Assembly (NCBI GenBank): GCA_964016885.1
Contig: OZ024744.1
Span: forward strand, 131,936,001-132,000,000
From: Eledone cirrhosa
Taxonomy: Eukaryota
Direction: 5' to 3'
Length of the DNA: 64,000 nucleotides
In this document: positions 23,301 to 34,700 of the stretch, piece after piece
Position numbering within the stretch: position 1 is the stretch's first letter
Layout of the letters: each line of letters opens with the position of its first letter
Notes under the pieces: generated by a model
Seen by the model: only the letters and a program-made list of their open reading frames with translations
Databases searched by the model: none
What the model was told of the DNA's origin: nothing
Position numbers and translations under genes: made by a program

Positions 23301-26300
23301 AGTTGGGGGTAAGTTAAGTTGGGGGTAAGTTAAGTTGGGGGTAAGTTAAGTTGGGGTTAAGTTAAGTTAGGGTTAAGTTAAGTTGGGGTTGAGTTAAGTT
23401 GGGGTTTAGTTAAGTTGGGGTTAAGTTGGGGTTAAATTAATTTGGGGTTAAGTTAAGTTGGGGTTTAGTTAAGTTGGGGTTAAGTTAAGTTGGGGTTAAT
23501 TTAAGTTTGGGTTAAGTTAAGTTGCGGGTAATTTAAGTTGGGGTTAATTTAAGTTGGGGTTAAGTTAATTTGGGGTTAAGTTAAGTTGGGGTTAAGTTAA
23601 GTTGGGGGTAAGTTAAGTTGGGGGTAAGTTAAGTTGGGGGTAAGTTAAGTTGGGGTTAAGTTAAGTTAGGGTTAAGTTAAGTTGGGGTTGAGTTAAGTTG
23701 GGGTTAAGTTAAGTTGCGGTTAAGTTAAGTTGGGGTTATGTTAAGTTGGGGTTAAGTTAAATTGGGGTTAAGTTAAGTTGGGGTTAAGTTAAGTTGGGGT
23801 TAAGTTAAGTTGGGGTTAAGTTAAGTTGGGGTTAAGTTAAGGCGGGGTTAAGTTGAGTTGGTGTTAAGTTAAGTTGGGGTTAAGTTAAGTTGGGGTTGAG
23901 TTAATTTGGGGTTAACTTAAGTTGGGGGTACTTAAGTTGGGTTTAAGTTAAGTGGGGTTAAGTTAAGTTGGGGTTAAGTTAAGTTGGGGTTAAGTTAAGT
24001 TGGGGTTAAGTTAGGTTGTGGTTAAGTTAAGTTGGGGGTAAGTTAAGTTGGGGGTAAGTTAAGTTCGGGTTAATTTAAGTTGGGTCTAATTAAGTTGGGG
24101 TTAAGTTAAGTTGGGGTTAAGTTAAGTTGGGGTTGAGTTAATTTGGGGTTAACTTAAGTTGGGGGTACTTAAGTTGGGTTTAAGTTAAGTTGGGGGTAAG
24201 TTAAGTTGGGGGTAAGTTAAGTTGGGGTTAATTTAAGTTGGGTCAAATTAAGTTGGGGTTAAGTTAAGTTGGGGTTAAGTTAAGTTAGGGTTAAATTAAG
24301 TTGGGGTTAATTTAAGTTGGGGTTAAATTAAGTTGGCGCTAAGTTAATTTGTGGTTAAGTTAAGTTGGGGTTAAGTTAAGTTGGGATTAAGTTAAGTTGG
24401 GGTTGAGTTAAGTTGGGGTTGAGTTAATTTAGGGTTAAGTTAAGTTGGGGTTAAGTTAAGTTGGGTTTAAGTTAAGTTGGGGTTAAATTAAGTTGGGGTT
24501 AAATTAAGTTGGGGTTAAGTTAGGTTGGGGGTAAGTTAAGTTGGGGGCAAGTTAAGTTGGGGTTAAGTTAAGTTGGGGTTAAATTAAGTTGGGGTTAAGT
24601 TAAGTTGGTGTTAAGTTAAGTTGGGGTTTATTTAAGTTGGGGTTAATTAAGTTGGGGTTAAGGTAAGTTGGGTTTAAGTTAAGTTGGGGTTAATTTAAGT
24701 TGGGGTTGAGTTAAGTTGGGGTTAAGTTAAGTTGGGTTTATATTAAGTTGGGGTTAAGTTAAGTTGGGGTTAAGTTAAGTTGGGGTTCAGTTAAGTTGCG
24801 GTTAAGTTAAGTTGGGGTAAAGTTAAGTTGGTGTTAAGTTAAGTTGGGGTTAAGTTAAGTTGGTGTTAAGTTAAGTTGGGGCTAAGTTAAGTTGGGGCTG
24901 AGTTAAGTTGGGGTTAAGTTAAGTTGGGGTTAAGTTAAGTTGGGGTTTAGTTAAGTTGGGGTTCAGTTAAGTTGGGGTTAAGTTAAGTTTGGGTTAAGTT
25001 GGAGTTAAATTAATTTGGGGTTAAGTTAAGTTGGGGTTTAGTTTAGTTGGGGTTAAATTAAGTTGGGGTTAATTTAAGTTGGGGTTAAGTTAAGTTGCGG
25101 GTAATTTAAGTTGGGGTTAAGTTAAGTTGGGGGTAAGTTAAGTTGGGGGTAAGTTAAGTTGGGGGTTAGTTAAGTTGGGGTTAAATTAAGTTAGGGTTAA
25201 GTTAAGTTGGGGTTGAGTTAAGTTGGGGTTAAGTTAAGTTGGGGTTATGTTAAGTTGGGGTTAAGTTAAGTTGGGGTTAAGTTAAATTGGGGTTAAGTTA
25301 AGTTGGGGTTAAGTTAAGTTGGGGTTAAGTTAAGTTGGGGTTAAGTTAGATTGTGGTTAAGTTAAGTTGGGGTTAAGTTAAGTTGGGGTTAAGTTGGGGT
25401 TAAGTTAAGTTAGGGTTAAGTTAAGTTGGGGTTGAGTTAAGTTGGGGTTAAGTTAAGTGGTGGTTATGTTAAGTTGGGGTTAAGTTAAGTTGGGGTTAAT
25501 TTAAATTGGGGTTAAGTTAACTTTGTGGTTAAGTTAAGTTGGGGTTAAGTTAAGTTGGGGTTAAGTTAAGTTGGGGTTGAGTTAAGTTGGGGTTGAGTGA
25601 AGTTGGCGTTAAGTTAAGTTGGGGTTAAGTTAAGTTAGGGTTAAGTTAAGTTGGGGTTCAGTTAAGTTGCGGTTAAGTTAAGTTGGGGTAAAGTTAAGTT
25701 GGTGTTAATTAAGTTGGGGTTAAGTTAAGTTGGTGTTAAGTTAAGTTGGGGCTAAGTTAAGTTGGGGTTGAGTTAAGTTGGGGTTAAGTTAAGTTGGGGT
25801 TATGTTAAGTTGGGGTTAAGTTAAGTTGGAGTTAAGTTAAGTTGGGGTTGATTTAAGTTGGGGTTGAGTTAAATTAGGGTGGAGTTAAGATGGGGTTGAG
25901 TTAAGTTGGTGTTGAGTTAAGTTAGGGTTAAGTTAAGTTGGGGTTAAGTTAAGTTGCAGTTAAGTTAAGTTGAGGTTAAGTTAAGTTGAGGTTAAGTTAA
26001 GTTGGGGTTAAGTTAAGTTTGGGTTAAGTTGGGGTTAAATTAAGTTGGGGTTAAGTTAAGTTGGGGTTTAGTTAAGTTGGGGTTCAGTTAAGTTGGGGTT
26101 AAGTTAAGTTTGGGTTAAGTTGGGGTTAAATTAATTTGGGGTTAAGTTAAGTTGGGGTTTAGTTAAGTTGGGGTTAAGTTAAGTTGGGGTTAATTTAAGT
26201 TTGGGTTAAGTTAAGTTGCGGGTAATTTAAGTTGGGGTTAATTTAAGTTGGGGTTAAGTTAATTTGGGGTTAAGTTAAGTTGGGGTTAAGTTAAGTTGGG

Positions 26301-28580
26301 GGTAAGTTAAGTTGGGGGTAAGTTAAGTTGGGGGTAAGTTAAGTTGGGGTTAAGTTAAGTTAGGGTTAAGTTAAGTTGGGGTTGAGTTAAGTTGGGGTTA
26401 AGTTAAGTTGCGGTTAAGTTAAGTTGGGGTTATGTTAAGTTGGGGTTAAGTTAAATTGGGGTTAAGTTAAGTTGGGGTTAAGTTAAGTTGGGGTTAAGTT
26501 AAGTTGGGGTTAAGTTAGATTGTGGTTAAGTTAAGTTGGGGTTAAGTTAAGTTGGGGTTAAGTTAAGTTGGGGTTAAGTTAAGGCGGGGTTAAGTTGAGT
26601 TGGTGTTAAGTTAAGTTGGGGTTAAGTTAAGTTGGGGTTGAGTTAATTTGGGGTTAACTTAAGTTGGGGGTACTTAAGTTGGGTTTAAGTTAAGTGGGGT
26701 TAAGTTAAGTTGGGGTTAAGTTAAGTTGGGGTTAAGTTAAGTTGGGGTTAAGTTAGGTTGTGGTTAAGTTAAGTTGGGGGTAAGTTAAGTTGGGGGTAAG
26801 TTAAGTTCGGGTTAATTTAAGTTGGGTCTAATTAAGTTGGGGTTAAGTTAAGTTGGGGTTAAGTTAAGTTGGGGTTGAGTTAATTTGGGGTTAACTTAAG
26901 TTGGGGGTACTTAAGTTGGGTTTAAGTTAAGTTGGGGGTAAGTTAAGTTGGGGGTAAGTTAAGTTGGGGTTAATTTAAGTTGGGTCAAATTAAGTTGGGG
27001 TTAAGTTAAGTTGGGGTTAAGTTAAGTTAGGGTTAAATTAAGTTGGGGTTAATTTAAGTTGGGGTTAAATTAAGTTGGCGCTAAGTTAATTTGTGGTTAA
27101 GTTAAGTTGGGGTTAAGTTAAGTTGGGATTAAGTTAAGTTGGGGTTGAGTTAAGTTGGGGTTGAGTTAATTTAGGGTTAAGTTAAGTTGGGGTTAAGTTA
27201 AGTTGGGTTTAAGTTAAGTTGGGGTTAAATTAAGTTGGGGTTAAATTAAGTTGGGGTTAAGTTAGGTTGGGGGTAAGTTAAGTTGGGGGCAAGTTAAGTT
27301 GGAGTTAAGTTAAGTTGGGGTTAAATTAAGTTGGGGTTAAGTTAAGTTGGTGTTAAGTTAAGTTGGGGTTTATTTAAGTTGGGGTTAATTAAGTTGGGGT
27401 TAAGGTAAGTTGGGTTTAAGTTAAGTTGGGGTTAATTTAAGTTGGGGTTGAGTTAAGTTGGGGTTAAGTTAAGTTGGGTTTATATTAAGTTGGGGTTAAG
27501 TTAAGTTGGGGTTAAGTTAAGTTGGGGTTCAGTTAAGTTGCGGTTAAGTTAAGTTGGGGTAAAGTTAAGTTGGTGTTAAGTTAAGTTGGGGTTAAGTTAA
27601 GTTGGTGTTAAGTTAAGTTGGGGCTAAGTTAAGTTGGGGCTGAGTTAAGTTGGGGTTAAGTTAAGTTGGGGTTAAGTTAAGTTGGGGTTTAGTTAAGTTG
27701 GGGTTCAGTTAAGTTGGGGTTAAGTTAAGTTTGGGTTAAGTTGGAGTTAAATTAATTTGGGGTTAAGTTAAGTTGGGGTTTAGTTTAGTTGGGGTTAAAT
27801 TAAGTTGGGGTTAATTTAAGTTGGGGTTAAGTTAAGTTGCGGGTAATTTAAGTTGGGGTTAAGTTAAGTTGGGGGTAAGTTAAGTTGGGGGTAAGTTAAG
27901 TTGGGGGTTAGTTAAGTTGGGGTTAAATTAAGTTAGGGTTAAGTTAAGTTGGGGTTGAGTTAAGTTGGGGTTAAGTTAAGTTGGGGTTATGTTAAGTTGG
28001 GGTTAAGTTAAGTTGGGGTTAAGTTAAATTGGGGTTAAGTTAAGTTGGGGTTAAGTTAAGTTGGGGTTAAGTTAAGTTGGGGTTAAGTTAGATTGTGGTT
28101 AAGTTAAGTTGGGGTTAAGTTAAGTTGGGGTTAAGTTGGGGTTAAGTTAAGTTAGGGTTAAGTTAAGTTGGGGTTGAGTTAAGTTGGGGTTAAGTTAAGT
28201 GGTGGTTATGTTAAGTTGGGGTTAAGTTAAGTTGGGGTTAATTTAAATTGGGGTTAAGTTAACTTTGTGGTTAAGTTAAGTTGGGGTTAAGTTAAGTTGG
28301 GGTTAAGTTAAGTTGGGGTTGAGTTAAGTTGGGGTTGAGTGAAGTTGGGGTTAAGTTAAGTTGGGGTTAAGCTAAGTTGGCGTTAAGTTAAGTTGGGGTT
28401 AAGTTAAGTTAGGGTTAAGTTAAGTTGGGGTTCAGTTAAGTTGCGGTTAAGTTAAGTTGGGGTAAAGTTAAGTTGGTGTTAATTAAGTTGGGGTTAAGTT
28501 AAGTTGGTGTTAAGTTAAGTTGGGGCTAAGTTAAGTTGGGGTTGAGTTAAGTTGGGGTTAAGTTAAGTTGGGGTTATGTT
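20350..28580 (+). repeat. Three-copy higher-order repeat of about 2.7-3.0 kb; third copy cut by the inversion
   Basis: GTTCGGG (C at 21073, 24066, 26808); GGAGTTAAGATGG (22897, 25890); late TATG marker at 22808, 25801 and 28575. Confidence 0.9.
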
Positions 28581-31500
28581 AACTTAACCCCAACTTAACT
28601 TATCCCCAACTTAACTTAACCCCAACTTAACTTAAACCCAACTTAACTTAACCCCAACTTAAACTATCCCCAACTTAACTTATCCCCAACTTAACTTAAC
28701 CCCAACTTAACTTAACCCCAACTTAACTTAACCCCAACTTAATTTAACCCCAACTTAACTTAACCTCAACTTAACTTAACCCCAACTTAACTTAACCCCA
28801 ACTTAACTTAACCCCAACTTAAATTAGCCCCAACTTAACTTAACCCCAACTTAAATTAACCCCAACTTAACTTAACCCCAACTTAACTTAACCCCGACTT
28901 AAATTAACCCCAACTTAACTTAACCCCAACTTAACTTAACCCCAACTTAACTTAACCACAAATTAACTTAACCCCAACTTAACTTAACCCCAACTTAACT
29001 TAACCCCAACTTAACTTAACCCCAACTTAACTTAAACCTAACTTGACTTAACCCCAACTTAACCCCAACTTAACTTGACCCCAACTTAACTTAACCCCAA
29101 CTTAACTCAACCCCAACTTAACTTAACCCCAACTTCACTCAGCCCCAACTTAACTCAGCCCCAACTTAACTTAGCCCCAACTTAACTTAACACCAACTTA
29201 ACTTAACCCCAACTTAACTTAACCCCAACTTAACTTAACCCCAACTTAACTCAACCCCAACTTAACTGAACCCCAACTTAACTTAACCCCAACTTAATAT
29301 AACCCCAACTTAACTTAACCCCAACTTAACTCAACCCCAACTTAAATTAACCCCAACTTAACTTAACCCCAACTTAACTTAACCCCAACTTAATTAACCC
29401 CAACTTAAATTAACCCCAACTTAACTTAACACCAACTTAACGTAACCCCAACTTAACTTAACCCCAACTTAACTTAAACCTAACTTAACTTAACCCCAAC
29501 TTAACCCCAACTTAACTTGACCCCAACTTAACTTAACCCCAACTTAACTCAACCCCAACTTAACTTAACCCCAACTTAACTCAGCCCCAACTTAACTCAG
29601 CCCCAACTTAACTTAGCCCCAACTTAACTTAACACCAACTTAACTTAACCCCAACTTAACTTAACCCCAACTTAACTTAACCCCAACTTAACTTATCCCC
29701 AACTTAACTGAACCCCAACTTAACTGAACCCCAACTTAAATTAACCCCAACTTAACTTAACCCCAACTTAACTTAACCCCAACTTAACTCAACACCAACT
29801 TAACTCAACCCCAACTTAACTCAACCCCAATTTAACTCAACCCCAACTTAACTCAACCCCAACTTAACTTAACCCCAACTTAACTGAACCCTAACTTAAC
29901 TTAACCCCGACTTAACTTAACCCCGACTTAACTTAACCCCAACTTAACTTAACCCCAACTTAACTTAACCCCAACTTAACTTAACCCCAACTTAATTTAA
30001 CCCTATCTTAACCCCAACTTAACTTAACCCCAACTTAAATGAACCCCAACTTAAATTAACCCCAACTTAAATAAACCCCAACTTAACTTAACCCCAACTT
30101 AACTTAACCCCAACTTAACTTAACCCCAACTTAACTCAGCCCCAACTTAACTTAGCCCCAACTTAACTTAACCCCAACTTAACTTAACCCCAACTTAACT
30201 TAACCCCAACTTAACTTAACCCCAACTTAACTTAACCCCAACTTAACTTAAACCCAACTTAACTTAACCCCAACTTAAATTATCCCCAACTTAACTTATC
30301 CCCAACTTAACTTAACCCCAACTTAACTTAACCCCAACTTAACTTAACCCCAACTTAATTTAACCCCAACTTAACTTAACCTCAACTTAACTTAACCCCA
30401 ACTTAACTTAACCCCATCTTAACTTAACCCCAACTTAACTTAACCCCAACTTAACTTAACCCCAACTTAAATTAACCCCAACTTAACTTAACCCCAACTT
30501 AACTTAACCCCGACTTAACTTAACCCCAACTTAACTTAACCCCAACTTAACTTAACCCCAACTTAATCCCAACTTAACTTGACCCCAACTTAACTTAACC
30601 CCAACTTAACTCAACCCCAACTTAACTTAACCCCAACTTAACTCAGCCCCAACTTAACTCAGCCCCAACTTAACTTAGCCCCAACTTAACTTAACACCAA
30701 CTTAACTTAACCCCACCTTAACTTAACCCCAACTTAACTTAACCCCAACTTAACTTATCCCCAACTTAACTGAACCCCAACTTAACTTAACCCCAACTTA
30801 ATATAACCCCAACTTAACTTAACCCCAACTTAACTCAACCCCAACTTAAATTAACCCCAACTTAACTTAACCCCAACTTAACTTAACCCCAACTTAATTA
30901 ACCCCAACTTAAATTAACCCCAACTTAACTTAACACCAACTTAACGTAACCCCAACTTAATTTAACCCCAACTTAAATTAACCCCAACTTAACTTGCCCC
31001 CAACTTAACTTACCCCCAACGTAACTTAACCCCAACTTAATTTAACCCCAACTTAATTTAACCCCAACTTAACTTAACCCCAAATTAACTCAACCCCAAC
31101 TTAACTCAACCCCAACTTAACTTAACCCCAACTTAAATTAACCCCAACTTAACTTAACCACAAATTAACTTAGCCCCAACTTAAATTAACCCCAAGTTAA
31201 CTCAACCACAACTTAACTTAACCCCGACCTAACTTAACCCCAACTTAACTTAACCCCAACTTAACTTAACCCCAACTTCACTCAACCCCAACTTAACTCA
31301 ACCCCAACTTAACCCCAACTTAACTTAACCCCAACTTAAATTAACCACAAAGTTAACTTAACCCCAATTTAAATTAACCCCAACTTAACTTAACCCCAAC
31401 TTAACATAACCACCACTTAATTAACCCCAACTTAACTCAACCCCAACTTAACTTAACCCTAACTTAACTTAACCCCAACTTAACCGCAACTTAACTTAAC

Positions 31501-31605
31501 CCCAACTTAACTTACCCCCAACTTAACTTACCCCCAACTTAACTGAACCCCAACTTAAGTTAAGCCTAACTTAACTTAACGCCAACTTAACTTAACCCCG
31601 ACTTA
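28581..31605 (-). repeat. Same 16-bp satellite in inverted orientation, (CTTAACTTAACCCCAA)n on +
   Basis: Reverse complement of the monomer from 28581 to ...CCCCGACTT at about 31604. Confidence 0.97.
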
Positions 31606-31778
31606 GGGCTTAAGTTAAGTTGGGGCTAAGTTAAGTTGGGGTTAAGTCAAGTTGGAAGTTGTGGTTGAGTGAAGTTGGGGTTAAGTTAAGTTGGGGTTGA
31701 GTGAAGTTGGGGTTAAGTTAAGTTGGGGTTGAGTTACGTTGGGGTTGAGTGAAGTTGGGGTTAAGTTAAGTTGGGGTT
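31606..31778 (+). repeat. Short inverted island (about 11 monomers, G-rich) inside the C-rich block
   Basis: Begins GGGCTTAAG after CCCCGACTTA, carries three TTGAGTGAAG variants, and ends at GGGGTT|AACCCC (31773-31784). Confidence 0.95.
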
Positions 31779-34700
31779 AACCCCAACTTAACTTAACCCC
31801 AACTTAACTTAACCCCAACTTAACTTAACCCCAACATAACTTAACCCCAACTTAAATTAACCCCAACTTAACTTAAACTCAACTTAACTAACCAACTTAA
31901 CTTAACCCCAACTTAACTTAACCCCAACTTAACTTAACCCCAACTTAACTTAACCCCAACTTAACTTAACCCCAACTTAACTTAACCCCAACTTAAATTA
32001 ACCCCAACTTAACTTAACCCCAACTTAACTTAACCCCGACTTAACTTAACCCCAACTTAACTTAACCCCAACTTAACTTAGCCCCAACTTAACTTAGCCC
32101 CAACTTAACTTAGCCCCAACTTAACTTAACCCCAACTTAACATAACCGCACCTTAACTTAACCTCAACTTAACTTAACTGCAACTTAACTTAACCCCAAC
32201 TTAACTTAACCCCAACTTAACTCAACACCAACTTAACACAACCCCAACTTAACTCAACCCCAATTTAACTCAACCCCAAGTTAACTCAACCCCAACTTAA
32301 CTTAACCCCAACTTAACTGAACCCTAACTTAACTTAACCCCGACTTAAATTAAGCCCAACTTAACTTAACCCCAACTTAACTCAGCCCCAACTTAACTTA
32401 GCCCTAACTTAACTTAACCCCAACTTAACTTAACCCCAACTTAATTAACCCCAACTTAAATTAACCCCAACTTAACTTAACACCAACTTAACGTAACCCC
32501 ATCTTAAATAAACCCCAACTTAAATTAACCCCAACTTAACTTAACCCCAACTTAACTTAACCCCAACTTAACTCAGCCCCAACTTAACTTAGCCCCAACT
32601 TAACTTAACCCCAACTTAACTTAACCCCAACTTAACTTAACCCCAACTTAACTTATCCCCAACTTAACTTAACCCCAACTTAACTTAAACCCAACTTAAC
32701 TTAACCCCAACTTAAACTATCCCCAACTTAACTTATCCCCAACTTAACTTAACCCCAACTTAACTTAACCCCAACTTAACTTAACCCCAACTTAATTTAA
32801 CCCCAACTTAACTTAACCTCAACTTAACTTAACCCCAACTTAACTTAACCCCAACTTAACTTAACCCCAACTTAAATTAGCCCCAACTTAACTTAACCCC
32901 AACTTAAATTAACCCCAACTTAACTTAACCCCAACTTAACTTAACCCCGACTTAAATTAACCCCAACTTAACTTAACCCCAACTTAACTTAACCCCAACT
33001 TAACTTAACCACAAATTAACTTAACCCCAACTTAACTTAACCCCAACTTAACTTAACCCCAACTTAACTTAACCCCAACTTAACTTAACCCCAACTTAAC
33101 TTAAACCTAACTTAACTTAACCCCAACTTAACCCCAACTTAACTTGACCCCAACTTAACTTAACCCCAACTTAACTCAACCCCAACTTAACTTAACCCCA
33201 ACTTCACTCAGCCCCAACTTAACTCAGCCCCAACTTAACTTAGAGCCAACTTAACTTAACACCAACTTAACTTAACCCCAACTTAACTTAACCCCAACTT
33301 AACTCAACCCCAACTTAAATTAACCCCAACTTAACTTAGCCCCAACTTAACTTAACACCAACTTAACTTAACCCCACCTTAACTTAACCCCAACTTAACT
33401 TAACCCCAACTTAACTTATCCCCAACTTAACTGAACCCCAACTTAACTTAGTCCCAACTTAACTTAGCCCCAACTTAACTTAACCCCAACTTAACTTAAC
33501 CCCAACTTAACTTAACCCCAACTTAACTTATCCCCAACTTAACTTAACCCCAACTTAACTTAAAGCCAACTTAACTTAACCCCAACTTAAATTATCCCCA
33601 ACTTAACTTATCCCCAACTTAACTTAACCCCAACTTAACTTAACCCCAACTTAACTTAACCCCAACTTAATTTAACCCCAACTTAACTTAACCTCAACTT
33701 AACTTAACCCCAACTTAAATTAACCCCAACTTAACTTAACCCCAACTTAACTTAGCCCCAACTTAACTTAACCCCAACTTAAATTAACCCCAACTTAACT
33801 TAACCCCAACTTAACTTAACCCCGACTTAACTTAACCCCAACTTAACTTAACCCCAACTTAACTTAACCCCAACTTAACTTAACCACAAATTAACTTAAC
33901 CCCAACTTAACTTAACCCCAATTTAACTTAACCCCAACTTAACTTAACCCCAACTTAACTTAACCCCAACTTAACTTAAACCTAACTTAACTTAACCCCA
34001 ACTTAACCCCAACTTAACTTGACCCCAACTTAACTTAACCCCAACTTAACTCAACCCCGACTTAACTTAACCCCAACTTAACTCAGCCCCAACTTAATTC
34101 AGCCCCAACTTAACTTAGCCCCAACTTAACTTAACACCAACTTAACTTAACCCCAACTTAACTTAACCCCAACTTAACTTAGCCCCAACTTAACTTATCC
34201 CCAACTTAACTGAACCCCAACTTAACTCAACCACAAATTAACTTAACCCCAACTTAACTTAACCCCAACTTAACTTAACCCCAACTTAACTTAACCCCAA
34301 CTTAACTTAACCCCAACTTAACTTAAACCTAACTTAACTTAACCCCAACTTAATCCCAACTTAACTTGACCCCAACTTAACTCAACCCCAACTTAACTCA
34401 ACCCCAACTTAACTTAACCCCAACTTAACTCAGCCCCAACTTAACTCAGCCCCAACTTAACTTAGCCACAACTTAACTTAACACCAACTTAACTTAACCC
34501 CAACTTAACTTAACCCCAACTTAACTTAACCCCAACTTAAGTTAACCTCCACTTAACTTAACCCCAACTTAACTTAACCCCAACTTAATTTAACCCCAAC
34601 TTAACTTAACCCCAACTTAATTTAACCCCAACTTAACTTAACCCCAACTTAAATTAACCCCAACTTAATTAGACCCAACTTAAATAAACCCCAACTTAAC

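Larger units (their letters stand above)
1..28580 (+). repeat. 16-bp satellite array (TTGGGGTTAAGTTAAG)n, G-rich strand on +
   Basis: Continuous 16-bp periodicity with substitution variants (GGGGCT, GGGGGT, GGTG, GCGG, TTGAG, TTAAA, TTAAT) and 11-bp TTGGGGTTAAG monomers. It ends at the TT|AA centre of GTTAAC at 28578-28583. Confidence 0.98.

Noticed and set aside
1-28580. Active telomerase-synthesised terminal tract
   Set aside because: Substitutions recur in kb-scale duplicated patterns and the array continues in inverted orientation, unlike a homogeneous single-polarity terminal tract.
28560-28600. Telomere-telomere chromosome fusion site or hairpin (protelomerase) telomere
   Set aside because: The G-then-C polarity resembles an end fusion. 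However, the arrays are variant-rich satellite with higher-order repeats, the arms are not mirror copies, and five more junctions of the same polarity occur in the window. It is not supportable without chromosomal context.
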